Under the pieces are notes generated by a model, which saw only the letters and a program-made list of their open reading frames with translations, had not been told where the DNA came from and did no database searches. The translations under genes were made by a program, and so were the position numbers. From an uncultured Trueperaceae bacterium (lineage in GTDB: Bacteria > Deinococcota > Deinococci > Deinococcales > Trueperaceae), in the NCBI GenBank assembly GCA_963815215.1, contig CAWFFU010000003.1:1-64000 (forward strand): 64,000 nucleotides of DNA, given 5' to 3'. Shown one piece after another: positions 10,053 through 19,737 of the stretch; the first letter of the stretch is position 1, and the number at the start of each line of letters is the position of its first letter.

Positions 10053-11456
10053 CTAGCCTTGCTTCAACGCGTCGCCGTGCTCCGCGATCGCCTGCAGCAG
10101 CCTCACGGTCGCGAGCGTGCCGCGCCGGATCGTCTCGATCCGGAAGAACTCGTTGGGCGCGTGGATGCTGTTGTCGGGCTCGCCGAAGGCGAAGTAGAGG
10201 CACCACATGCCGAGGATGGAGCGGAAATCCGACGTGACCGGCACGGTGCCTCCGACCCAGACGAGCACCGGTTCCTTGCCGTAGACGTCCTCGAGGCAGC
10301 GCGCGGCGATGGGGAGGGAGGGATGGTCGACGGGCATCTGGTAGGCGCGCGCCTTGCCCGCCAGGCGGGTGACCCGTACCTGGAGCCCGGCCGGCGTCAA
10401 CGACGTGACGTAGGCCTCGATCGCATCCAGGACGTGATCGGGGTCCTGTCCCTCCACCAGGCGGCAGGTGATCTTGGCGTGGGCAGCGTTCGGCAGCACC
10501 GTCTTCACGCCCTCGCCCTGGTACCCGCCCCACATCCCGTTGATCTCGAAGGTGGGCCGGACCCAGCGGCGCTCGAGCGGCGAGTAGCCTTCCTCGCCGA
10601 TCCACGTCGTCAGCCCGACGGCCGACGGTTCCTCCCGCATACCGGCCGGAAGCGCCGCCAGTGCGTCCCGCACCGCTTGCGAAGGCTCCTGCACACCGTC
10701 GTAGAAGCCCGGCACGGCGATCCGGCCGTGGTCGTCGCGCATGGCGGCCAGGATCTGTGCCAGCCCCTCGAGCGCATTGGGCACCACGCCGCCGTACATG
10801 CCGGAGTGGAGGTCGCTGGCCGCGCCCACGACATCGATCTGGCAGCCCGCCAGGCCGCGCGTTCCGACCGTGAGGGACGGCTGATCGGCGCTGTACATGC
10901 CTCCGTCGGCACTGATGGCGAGGTCGCCGGCGAGGAGCTCACGGTGCTCGCGCAGGACGCCGGGCAGGTGGGGGCTGCCGATCTCCTCCTCGCCCTCGAT
11001 GATGAGGGTGACGTTGACGGGAGGCCGGCCGGCCGCCTCGACCCACGCCTGCACCGCCTGGATGGCGGTGAGCACGCCGCCCTTGTCGTCGGCCGCACCA
11101 CGACCGTACAGCCGCCCGTCGCGGACGGCCGGTTCGAAGGGGGGCGAGGTCCAGAGCTCGAGCGGCTCGGGCGGTTGCACGTCGTAGTGCCCGTAGATGA
11201 CCACCGTGGGGAGCGCGGCGTCGACCGACCAGCGCCCGACCACCACCGGGTTGCCGGGGGTTTCGATGGTCCGCACCTCCGGGAACCCCGTCCGTTGCAG
11301 GCGCGCCGCCACCCACGCGGCTGCGGCGGTGATGTCGGCGCGGTGCTCCGGCGAGGTGCTGACGCTGGGGATGCGCACGAACGCGGCGAGGTCGTCGGCG
11401 TACGTCGGTGCGTGCGCCTCGACCGCGTCCAGTGCGGCGCGAAGTGGGTCGTCCAT
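10053..11456 (-). CDS. M20-family dipeptidase
   Basis: YGHYDVQP, GRGAADDKG, EGEEEIGS and HAPNE motifs. ATG at 11456 after GGAGG. Confidence 0.9.
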   Translation of the reverse strand: MDDPLRAALDAVEAHAPTYADDLAAFVRIPSVSTSPEHRADITAAAAWVAARLQRTGFPEVRTIETPGNPVVVGRWSVDAALPTVVIYGHYDVQPPEPLELWTSPPFEPAVRDGRLYGRGAADDKGGVLTAIQAVQAWVEAAGRPPVNVTLIIEGEEEIGSPHLPGVLREHRELLAGDLAISADGGMYSADQPSLTVGTRGLAGCQIDVVGAASDLHSGMYGGVVPNALEGLAQILAAMRDDHGRIAVPGFYDGVQEPSQAVRDALAALPAGMREEPSAVGLTTWIGEEGYSPLERRWVRPTFEINGMWGGYQGEGVKTVLPNAAHAKITCRLVEGQDPDHVLDAIEAYVTSLTPAGLQVRVTRLAGKARAYQMPVDHPSLPIAARCLEDVYGKEPVLVWVGGTVPVTSDFRSILGMWCLYFAFGEPDNSIHAPNEFFRIETIRRGTLATVRLLQAIAEHGDALKQG

Positions 11457-11574
11457 GGGTCCTCCACCCTCCGCCGTATGCCGTTCCGACGGGTGTCGCC
11501 TGCGCCGGCGCGGGGGCCACCGGGCGGCCCGACGCACCTCCGTGTCGACTCCTGGTTCGCATGCGACAGCGTCC

Positions 11575-11603
11575 AAGCTACCCGTGGGTCCGTCGCCCGT
11601 CAA
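11575..11603 (-). promoter_or_regulatory. sigma70-type promoter for the dipeptidase
   Basis: TTGACG-17 bp-TAGCTT. Confidence 0.6.
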
Positions 11604-11676
11604 GGGAGGCCGGGCGAGCGTTGCCGAGCGGCGACGGCCCCGCGCGGGGCGACCGGTACCGGCGTGCGGACGCCGA

Positions 11677-11719
11677 CAAGCGTTCGGGCGGCTCTCCTGC
11701 GAGGCCGCCCGAACGCTTG
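11677..11719. terminator. 16-bp stem hairpin downstream of tRNA-Leu
   Basis: CAAGCGTTCGGGCGGC / GCCGCCCGAACGCTTG. Confidence 0.6.
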
Positions 11720-11737
11720 CTTCCGCCGTGCTTTGCA

Positions 11738-11824
11738 TGGTGCCGAAGGGGGGACTTGAACCCCCACGACCTTGCGGTCACATGACCCTGAATCATGCGC
11801 GTCTACCAATTCCGCCACTTCGGC
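11738..11824 (-). tRNA. tRNA-Leu (CAG)
   Basis: Reverse complement reads GCCGAAGTGGCGGAATTGGTAGACGCGCATGATTCAGGGTCATG..GGTTCAAGTCCCCCCTTCGGCACCA. Long variable arm, CAG anticodon. Upstream TTGCGC-17-TAACAT. Confidence 0.97.
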
Positions 11825-11891
11825 GTCCACGCGCGGTCGCGAGTTCGCATGTTACCACGCCCCGCCAGCGGCGCAAGGGGGCGCGGGCGCC

Positions 11892-12980
11892 TCACAGCAG
11901 GAAGCGCCCGCTCTCCTGGACCGGCTCCCCGTCGATCAGCAGCGAACCGCCCCGGCGGAGGTCGCACACCAGGTCCCAATGGATGGCGCTGTCGTTGACA
12001 CCGCCGGTCTCCGGGTAGGAGCGTCCCAGCGCCAGGTGGACGGTGCCGCCGATCTTCTCGTCGAAGAGCGTGGAGCGGGTGGGGCGCTGGATGCGCTCGT
12101 TGGTCCCGATCCCGAGCTCGCCCAGGAAGCGAGCGCCCGCGTCGGTGGCGAGCTGGGCATCGAGTACCTCCTGGCCGCGCCCGGCGTGGGCGTCGACCAC
12201 CTTGCCGTCGCGGAAGGTCAGGCGCACGTCGTCGACGTCGACGCCTTCGACCGTGCTGGGCACGTCGAAGCGGATCGTCCCCTCGGCGCTCGATTCGATC
12301 GGGCCGGTGAACACCTCGCCCGAGGGCATGTTGCGCTTGCCGTCGGAGTTGATCCAGGTACGCCCCCGGACGTCGAGGCGCAGGTCGGTGCCCTCACCTA
12401 GGATGCGTACCTCGCCGGCACGCTGGAGGCGTTCGATGATGCGCGCCTGATGCGCGCGCAACTCTCGCCAGCGGCCCGAGGGGTCGTCGTCGAAGAGGTA
12501 CATCGCGTCGAACACGAAGCGCTCGTAGTTCTCGAGGCTCATGCCGGCGTCCTGGGCGCCGCCGCTCGTGGGGAAGAGGGTGCTCACCCAACGGGTACGG
12601 TTGACGCGCTCCTCCTGGACCGGTTGGTTGCGCCGCCGCCAGCGCGTCATGCGCTCCTTGTCGATGCCTTGCAGGACCCGGCCGCCGTCGGGGGCGGCGA
12701 CCCTGATGTAGGCGTCCATGCGCCGCATCTCCTCCAGTTCCAGGTCGGGACGGCCGTCGAGGAGGCCGTCGCTCGCCAGCTCCAGGACGTCGCCGGCGTA
12801 CGCGGGGTAGGCGAGCCGCAGGTGGGGCTGGGCGCCGGCCCGCAGCACCGTGCGGACCAGGGCGCGCGCCAGCTCCATCGCCGGCGTGTCGACGGAAAGG
12901 TAGACGTGCTCACCAGGGGCGACCTCGGTGCAGTAGCCCACCAGTAGCTCGGCGTAACGCTCGAAGATCGGCAGGATCAC
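11892..12980 (-). CDS. M29-family (AmpT/AmpS-like) aminopeptidase
   Basis: NMPSGEVFTGP, LGELGIG, FDEKIGGTVHLALG and SAIHWD motifs. Confidence 0.92.
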   Translation of the reverse strand: MILPIFERYAELLVGYCTEVAPGEHVYLSVDTPAMELARALVRTVLRAGAQPHLRLAYPAYAGDVLELASDGLLDGRPDLELEEMRRMDAYIRVAAPDGGRVLQGIDKERMTRWRRRNQPVQEERVNRTRWVSTLFPTSGGAQDAGMSLENYERFVFDAMYLFDDDPSGRWRELRAHQARIIERLQRAGEVRILGEGTDLRLDVRGRTWINSDGKRNMPSGEVFTGPIESSAEGTIRFDVPSTVEGVDVDDVRLTFRDGKVVDAHAGRGQEVLDAQLATDAGARFLGELGIGTNERIQRPTRSTLFDEKIGGTVHLALGRSYPETGGVNDSAIHWDLVCDLRRGGSLLIDGEPVQESGRFLL

Positions 12981-13036
12981 GGCAGCGAGGCTATCACGAC
13001 GTTGGGTTACCGCGGGGTTGCATCTGGGTTGCAGGG

Positions 13037-13468
13037 TCAGCGTGCGACGTGGAAGGCGTTCGAGCCCAGCGCGATGAGCTCGCCGTCGTCGTCGCGGACG
13101 ACGGTACGCACCACGATGACGCGGCGACCCGTGCGCATCACCTCGGCCTCGGCGTGCAGGGACACGCCTCGCGCCGCCCGAAGGTAGTCCACCCGCATGT
13201 CGATGGTGGCGACGCGATCGGCGAGCGACAGGTCGTCGAGCGAGAGCGCGGCCGCGGCGCCCGCCGTGGCGTCGATCAGCGCCGACACCACCCCGCCATG
13301 TGGCATGTCGCGCAGAGCGTTACCCATGAACTCGGGACGCAGCACCAGGCGTGTGCCGAGCCTGCCGGCAGCCCGGTCCACGCTGGCCAGGCGTACCCCA
13401 AGGAAATTGTTGAACGGCACCAGATCTTCGATGAGGGTCCGTAGGGCGTCTGGGTCGAGCGCATCCAT
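13037..13468 (-). CDS. PaaI-family hotdog thioesterase
   Basis: HGGVVSALIDA and TIDMRVDYL motifs. Leaderless TAGACT-7-ATG. Confidence 0.85.
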   Translation of the reverse strand: MDALDPDALRTLIEDLVPFNNFLGVRLASVDRAAGRLGTRLVLRPEFMGNALRDMPHGGVVSALIDATAGAAAALSLDDLSLADRVATIDMRVDYLRAARGVSLHAEAEVMRTGRRVIVVRTVVRDDDGELIALGSNAFHVAR

Positions 13469-13619
13469 CGCAGTGAGTCTACCGGCTCGACGCGGGCGCT
13501 GCGGGCCCGACCGACGCCGGCGCGGGGGCATGCGTACAATGGCGCAGCATGATCCTGAGGAGCTATCCCTTCGTGCTTGCCGGCGGCGCGGCGCGCGTCA
13601 CCTGCGGCCGGCGCGGGCT

Positions 13620-14351
13620 GTGAGCGCGGGCGGCCGGGCGAATCCGAGCGGGGGGCTCGAGGGCGAACGCCTCCAGAAGCTGCTCTCTCGCGCCGGAGTA
13701 GCGAGTCGCCGCAAGGCCGAGGACCTCATCCGAGCCGGACGGGTGACGTTGAACGGCCGAGTGGCCCGTCTGGGCGAGCGAGCGCGGCTCAACGACGACG
13801 TCCGCGTCGACGGACGGAGCATCCGCCAACGCGTCGAGCACGTCACCTTCCTGTTGAACAAGCCGCCGGGTGTGGTGAGCACCGCGCGCGACGATCGCGG
13901 GCGTCGCACCGTGCTCGATCTGCTGCCCGACGTGCCCGGATTGCACCCCGTGGGGCGGCTCGACATGGACTCGGAGGGCCTGCTGCTCGTCACCACCGAC
14001 GGTGATCTCACGCTCGCACTCACCCATCCTCGCTACGGCCACGAGAAGGAGTACCGCCTGTGGTGCCGGCAAGGCACCGTCGATCCGTCGGCTTTGGCGA
14101 CGCTGGCGAGTGGCGTCGAGCTCGACGATGGCCCTGCCCGCGCCGGCATCGTCACGGCCGCGCAGGGCGGTTGCGTGCTGGTGTTGACCGAAGGCCGCAA
14201 CCGGCAGGCGCGGCGGATGCTGGAGGCGGTCGGCTACAGCGTCACGCGGCTGCTGCGTATCCGCCAGGGACCGCTTCGCCTGGGGGACCTACCCTCCGGC
14301 CGTTACCGCCGTCTCACGGAGCGCGAGCTGGCGCGGCTGCGGGTCGGCTGA
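13620..14351 (+). CDS. rluB: rRNA pseudouridine synthase (RsuA/RluB family)
   Basis: S4 domain (RLQKLLSRAGVASRRKAE), catalytic GRLD, EGRNRQ. Exact subfamily uncertain. Confidence 0.85.
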   Translation: MSAGGRANPSGGLEGERLQKLLSRAGVASRRKAEDLIRAGRVTLNGRVARLGERARLNDDVRVDGRSIRQRVEHVTFLLNKPPGVVSTARDDRGRRTVLDLLPDVPGLHPVGRLDMDSEGLLLVTTDGDLTLALTHPRYGHEKEYRLWCRQGTVDPSALATLASGVELDDGPARAGIVTAAQGGCVLVLTEGRNRQARRMLEAVGYSVTRLLRIRQGPLRLGDLPSGRYRRLTERELARLRVG

Positions 14352-14475
14352 GGCGCGTTCCACTCCGTTTCCGCCCGGGCCGCCGAAGGCGGCGGGCTCG
14401 GGTATACTCGCGCAAGCCGAGCCGGGACGGCGCGTCGTCCGCACCAGCCGGCACCCCCACCGAGAAGGACGCGTC

Positions 14476-15021
14476 ATGTCCGACACCAGTATCTTCCGGG
14501 CCGGCGACGGCCCCGTTCAGATCACCCGCGAAGAGATCCAAGCCCGCATCGCCGAGCTCGGAGAGCGCATCCATGCCGAACACCGCGAGCACGAGCTGCA
14601 CCTGATCTGTGTGCTCAACGGCGCCTTCATGTTCATGGCCGATCTCGTGCGCGCCATCGATCTGCCCCTCACCGTCGACTTCCTGTCGGTCTCGAGCTAC
14701 GGCTCTCGCACGGAGTCCTCGGGCGAGGTCAGGCTCGTCAAGGATCTCGACCAGAGCCTCAAGGGCCGGCACGTCCTGCTGGTCGAGGACATCGTGGACA
14801 CCGGCCTCACCATGCAGTACCTGCTGGGCTACTTGCGGGGGCGCGGGCCGCTCTCCGTCGAGGTCGTGACCCTGCTCTCCAAGCCGTCGCGGCGCGTGGT
14901 CGATGTTCCGCTCGATTACGTCGGGTTCGAGATCGAGGACGCCTTCGTCTACGGCTATGGCCTGGACGTCGCTCACCGGTATCGGAACCTGCCGTTCGTG
15001 ACGAGCCAGAGCGAGGCATGA
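14476..15021 (+). CDS. hpt: Hypoxanthine phosphoribosyltransferase
   Basis: VLLVEDIVDTGLT PRPP motif and FVYGYGLD. Confidence 0.95.
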   Translation: MSDTSIFRAGDGPVQITREEIQARIAELGERIHAEHREHELHLICVLNGAFMFMADLVRAIDLPLTVDFLSVSSYGSRTESSGEVRLVKDLDQSLKGRHVLLVEDIVDTGLTMQYLLGYLRGRGPLSVEVVTLLSKPSRRVVDVPLDYVGFEIEDAFVYGYGLDVAHRYRNLPFVTSQSEA

Positions 15022-16160
15022 GGCGCCTTCGCAGACCCGCTTTCATCCTCCTCGTGATCCTCAGCGCCGCCCTCGCAGGGCTGGCGGTATCGGAGGCGAG
15101 GCGCGACACCACCCCGCCCAAGCTCTACATCGAGGCGCCGCAGCGGGCCGAGAGCGGCGTCGGCACGCAGGTGCTCATCACGGCCGACGAGCCGGTCACG
15201 TACCACGTGCGCTACGGGAGCTTCGACGGCACCAAGGTGACGCAGGACTGGAACGTCTCGCTGACAGCCGAGGCGGGCTCGAACCCGGTCTATATCGTTG
15301 CCACCGACGCCGCCGGCAACAGCACCGACCAGCAGGCCACCATCGACGGTGTGGCGCCGCCCGTTCCTCAAGTCAGCTCCGAGCGTCAGCTCACGGCCGG
15401 CGACCCGTTGGGGGTGCGCGTGACCTGGCCTACCGACAGCGCCCACGTGACGCAGGTGCAGGTGAGCTTCGCGGGCAAGAGCGAGCCGCTGCTCAGCGGC
15501 GCCGACGGCGCACGTGCCATCGTGCCGGTCCCGCTGGCGACCGCGGCGGGCGCCTACACTCTGGCGGTGAGCGTGACCGATGAGTTCGGCATCACGCATC
15601 GCGATACGCGGACCATCGCCGTGTTGCCGCTGAAGAGTGCGGTCGAGACCATCGACCTGCCACCCAAGGTGCTGGCCGCCGACACCCCGCAGGCGTGGGC
15701 CACCGAGCAGCAGGTCCTGGCGACGACGTTCGCGCAGAGCGCACCCCAGCCGCGCTGGACGGGCCCGTTCGAGATCCCCATCAAGGGGGTCGAGTCGGCG
15801 GGGTTCGGCTCCGCCCGACGCTACGCCCCGGGGGGGCCGGTGTCGTACCACACCGGTCTCGACCTGGCGGCGCCGGAGGGCACCCCGATCCACGCCGCCA
15901 ACGACGGGACCGTGCTGCTGGCCCGTGAGCTCCCCATCTCGGGCAATGTCGTGGCGATCGACCACGGCGACGGCGTCGTCAGTCTCTACTTCCACCAGTC
16001 GAAGATCCTGGTGCACGAGGGCGAGAGCGTGAAGCGGGGCGAGATCATCGGCCTGGTGGGAACCACGGGGCTCAGCACGGGGCCGCACCTGCACTGGGAG
16101 ATGCGCGTCAACGGTGTGCCCACCAACCCACTTGCGTGGGTGGGACACGCCTTCCCCTGA
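15018..16160 (+). CDS. Secreted M23 peptidase with Ig-like N-terminal domains
   Basis: Signal peptide; HTGLD, YFHQS and GPHLHWE M23 motifs. Confidence 0.88.
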   Translation: MRRLRRPAFILLVILSAALAGLAVSEARRDTTPPKLYIEAPQRAESGVGTQVLITADEPVTYHVRYGSFDGTKVTQDWNVSLTAEAGSNPVYIVATDAAGNSTDQQATIDGVAPPVPQVSSERQLTAGDPLGVRVTWPTDSAHVTQVQVSFAGKSEPLLSGADGARAIVPVPLATAAGAYTLAVSVTDEFGITHRDTRTIAVLPLKSAVETIDLPPKVLAADTPQAWATEQQVLATTFAQSAPQPRWTGPFEIPIKGVESAGFGSARRYAPGGPVSYHTGLDLAAPEGTPIHAANDGTVLLARELPISGNVVAIDHGDGVVSLYFHQSKILVHEGESVKRGEIIGLVGTTGLSTGPHLHWEMRVNGVPTNPLAWVGHAFP

Positions 16161-16302
16161 GCCGGTCGCGTCGGGCGCCTGCGCGTTGGCGGGCGGTGTG
16201 CTTCGCGCCGGAGCGCGGTTGAAGGTTCGGCCTGTCACCTCGCGGTCCGTGCTCGTGGTGTGGTCTAGCATGTGCGCATCGCCCTGAGAGGCTGGTGCCG
16301 TC

Positions 16303-17649
16303 ATGGAGCCCGACGAGCGGTCGGTGAAGCGGGTCCGCGGGTACTGCGCGCTGTGCGTCTCACGCTGCGGGTCGCTCGCCGTGGTCGACGGCGGCCGCTT
16401 CGTGCGGCTGGAGCCGGATCCGGCGCACCCCACCGGCAAGGCGCTGTGTGCGAAGGGGCGGGCGGCGCCGGAACTCGTCGAGCATCGGGAGCGGCTTCGC
16501 CACCCGTTGCGACGCACGCGACCGAAGGGGAGCGCCGATCCCGGCTGGCGGGCCATCAGCTGGGACCAGGCCCTCGAGCTCGCCGCCGGACGTCTGCGCA
16601 CCATCGCCGAGCGCCACGGGCCCGAGAGCGTCGCGTTCAGCGTGGCGTCGCCGTCCACCTCGGCATCGGACGATGCCAACGTGTGGATCCAACGACTCAT
16701 GAACGCGTTCGGGACCCCCAAAGCGGTCACCTCGATGGAGCTGTGCGGATGGGGCCGCTTCCTCGCCACCCAGTACACCTTCGGGGCCGGGGTACCGGGC
16801 CACTACATGCCGGATCTCGAGCAGGCGGGATGCATCCTGTACTGGGGGTACAATCCGAACCTCGCTCGACTGGTCCACGCCACCGCCACGGTCGAGGCGC
16901 AGAAGCGCGGCGCCCGGCTCATCGTCGTCGACCCTCGACGCACCGTTCCGGCCCGGGACCGATGCGGCTCTGGCGCTCGGGCTCACCCACGTCATGATCG
17001 AACGGGGCTGGTACGACCGGGCGTTCGTCCGCGACTGGACCAACGCGCCCCTCCTGGTACGGGAGAAGAACGGCCGGCTGCTGACCGAGCGCGATCTACT
17101 CGGGTGCGGCAGCGAACAGGGGAACGTTGCCTGGGACGAGGATCGGGGACGGCCGGTCGTGTGTGCGCCCGGCCCGCAGGTGGCCGGAGGTGGCCCGCGG
17201 TTGGCTCTGACGGGCTCCTACACCATCGACACGGTGCAAGGTCCGGTCGCGTGTCGGCCCGTGTTCGAGCTGGTGAGCGCCGCTTGCCGCCGCTACCCGC
17301 CCGAGCGATCGCGCAGCTCTACGCCTTGACGGGCAGCATCGACGCGCCAGGTGGCAACGTCAGGTTCGCGGTGGCGCCGACGGCGGATGTCTCCGGGGCC
17401 GAGTTGCTCCCGGCCGAGCAGCGCGCCAAGACGCTCGGCTTCGCTGACCGCCCCCTCGGTCCGGCACGCTTCGGGCATGTGACCTCGGGCGACCTGTACG
17501 ACGCCATCCTCGACCGACGTCCCTACGCCGTGCACGGTCTCGTGGGCTTCGGCGCCAACCTCAACCGCATCATCGGGCGCCGCGAGGTCGATCCCGTCAG
17601 TGGATCGGTCCCCCATCGCGCCTACCTGTGCCAGGTCGAGCGTGCCTGA
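16303..17649 (+). pseudogene. Molybdopterin oxidoreductase remnant with internal deletions and frameshifts
   Basis: N-terminal CxxCxxxC..LCAKG Fe-S domain. The RPGTDAALALG..WTNAP segment is in a different frame (16949-~17305). The sequence then jumps from GFGANL to the C-terminal DPVSGS..LCQVE. Confidence 0.85.
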
Positions 17650-17759
17650 GGCCATGGCGCCCGCCCCGACGGCGACCCCCCGACGGCGGCACCCCAATGG
17701 CGGAACCCGACCGACGGTGAGGAGACGGTCGGCCGAGGGTCCGTCGGTATACTCACCGA

Positions 17760-18809
17760 ATGAGCGATGCCGACCCGGAAGTCATGCCACGTTTCGTGTC
17801 CACCACCGCCTCGACGGCGAAGCCCCGCGTCTTCTCCGGCATCCAACCCACCGGCGACCTGCACCTAGGCACTTACCTCGGGGCGCTACGTCAGTGGGTG
17901 GAGCGTCAGGATGAGCGCGACAACGTCTTCTGCGTGGTCGACCTGCACGCCCTCACCATCCCCGAGAACGTCGATCCCAAGCGCCTGAAGGATGACGTCC
18001 GCCGCGTTGCCGCGCTCTACCTGGCGGTAGGACTCGATCCGGACAGCAACACCATCTTCGCGCAGTCGCATCTGCACGAGCACGCGGAGCTCACCTGGCT
18101 GCTCAACTGCGCAACTCCGTTGGGTTGGCTCTACCGCATGACGCAGTTCAAGACCAAGGCCGACGGACGGGAGAGCGTCGGCACCGGCCTGCTCGCTTAC
18201 CCGGTGCTGCAGGCTGCCGACATCCTGCTCTACGACACCGAGATGGTGCCGGTCGGCGAGGATCAACGGCAGCACATCGAGCTCACGCGCGACATCGCCG
18301 TGCGCTTCAACAATCTCTTCGGCGAGGTGTTCGTGCTGCCGCAGGCGGTGGTGCCGAGCGTGGGCGCGCGCATCATGGGGCTCGACGACCCCGAGGTCAA
18401 GATGTCCAAGAGCATCGGCGCCCAGCGTGCCGGGCACGCCGTCAACCTCCTCGACGACGAGCGCGTCATCCGCAAGACCATCATGTCGGCGGTGACCGAC
18501 TCCGGTCGCGAGGTGCGCTACGAGCACGCCTCTCCCGGGGTCCGGAACCTGCTGAGCATCCTGCAGACCCTCGATGGACGGCCGATGGAGGCCCTGGAGC
18601 AGGCGTTCGAGGGCAAGGGCTACGGCGATCTCAAGAAGGCGGTTGCGGAAGCCGTTCTCGACACGTTGACGCCGATCCGTCAGGCCTTCGAGGCGACCAT
18701 GGCGGAGCCCGGCCGGATCGACGAGTTGCTGGCGCACGGAGCGGAGCGCGCGCGGACGATCGCCGCCCCCACCCTGGCCAGGGCCAAAGAGGCGATGGGG
18801 GTTGGTTGA
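17760..18809 (+). CDS. trpS: Tryptophan-tRNA ligase
   Basis: SGIQPTGDLHLG, YPVLQAADIL, VPVGEDQRQH and KMSKS motifs. Confidence 0.96.
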   Translation: MSDADPEVMPRFVSTTASTAKPRVFSGIQPTGDLHLGTYLGALRQWVERQDERDNVFCVVDLHALTIPENVDPKRLKDDVRRVAALYLAVGLDPDSNTIFAQSHLHEHAELTWLLNCATPLGWLYRMTQFKTKADGRESVGTGLLAYPVLQAADILLYDTEMVPVGEDQRQHIELTRDIAVRFNNLFGEVFVLPQAVVPSVGARIMGLDDPEVKMSKSIGAQRAGHAVNLLDDERVIRKTIMSAVTDSGREVRYEHASPGVRNLLSILQTLDGRPMEALEQAFEGKGYGDLKKAVAEAVLDTLTPIRQAFEATMAEPGRIDELLAHGAERARTIAAPTLARAKEAMGVG

Positions 18810-19728
18810 GGGCGTCGCAGACCGGGAGCACGCTGCTCCTGGCCGGGTCGTGATGGTGTTCCTGGACGGCGTCGGGTTGGGTGACCCCGACCCCGAGCGG
18901 AACCCGCTGGCGGCGGCCGAGCTGCCGCGCCTGCGCGAGCTCGTCGGCGGCGTTCCCGCGGCGGGCGCCGCCGCCCGGAGCGAGCCCGGGCTGGTCTTCC
19001 GGCCGATCGACGCGCGACTGGGTCACGAGGGCCTGCCGCAATCGGCCACGGGCCAGACCAGCCTGCTGACCGGACGCAACGGGGCGGCGATCATGGGCCG
19101 GCACTACGGTCCCTGGCCGGGGCCGACGCTGATCCGGGCCCTTCAGCACGACACGCTGTTCCACCATGCCGGCGGTTCCGCGGCGATCGCCAACGCTTAT
19201 CCGCAGGGGTACTTCCGGGCGTTGGAGGCGCGTCGCCTGCGGCCCAACGCACCGGTGACCGCGGCCCGGGCTGCGGGCGTGTCGCTGTTCGATATCGACG
19301 CCTACCGCCGTGGCGACGCTCTCGCGGCCGACGTTACCGGGCAGGGGTTCCGGGAGCACGCGCCGGCGCTGGCGGTGCTGACAGCGGATGAGGCGGGGCG
19401 CCGGCTCGCCCGCCTGGTGGCGCGCCACGCGTTCACGTTCTACGACGTGTGGCTCACCGATCAGCTCGGGCACCAGCAGCGCTTCGCCGAGGGCGTGCGC
19501 CTGCTGGAGTCCATCGACGGCCTGCTGGCGGGGTTGCTCGCTGAGCTGGGCGGTGCGACGCTGGTGCTCACGTCCGACCACGGCAACTTGGAGGATCTGG
19601 GGTCATCGCGCCACACGCGCAACCCCGTGCCGCTTCTGGCGGTGGGTCCGGGGGCGGGGGCGTTCGCCGAGGCGGGAGATCTGATGGACGTCGCCGTGGC
19701 CAGCCGGCAGCTCCTGCTCCAGCCGTGA
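18802..19728 (+). CDS. Alkaline-phosphatase-superfamily metalloenzyme (phosphopentomutase/iPGM-like)
   Basis: FLDGVG, PQSATGQT, DQLGH, TSDHGN and HTRNPVP motifs. Start uncertain (18802-18852). Confidence 0.8.
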   Translation: MVEGVADREHAAPGRVVMVFLDGVGLGDPDPERNPLAAAELPRLRELVGGVPAAGAAARSEPGLVFRPIDARLGHEGLPQSATGQTSLLTGRNGAAIMGRHYGPWPGPTLIRALQHDTLFHHAGGSAAIANAYPQGYFRALEARRLRPNAPVTAARAAGVSLFDIDAYRRGDALAADVTGQGFREHAPALAVLTADEAGRRLARLVARHAFTFYDVWLTDQLGHQQRFAEGVRLLESIDGLLAGLLAELGGATLVLTSDHGNLEDLGSSRHTRNPVPLLAVGPGAGAFAEAGDLMDVAVASRQLLLQP

Positions 19729-19737
19729 CGCGCTGGC

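Noticed and set aside
9698..11737. Possible island at the 3' end of tRNA-Leu
   Set aside because: No duplicated tRNA end or integrase was seen, and the genes have ordinary composition.
16303..17649. Intact novel mini molybdo-enzyme, or selenocysteine readthrough
   Set aside because: The middle of the ORF is out of frame with the family motifs, and no in-frame TGA is involved.
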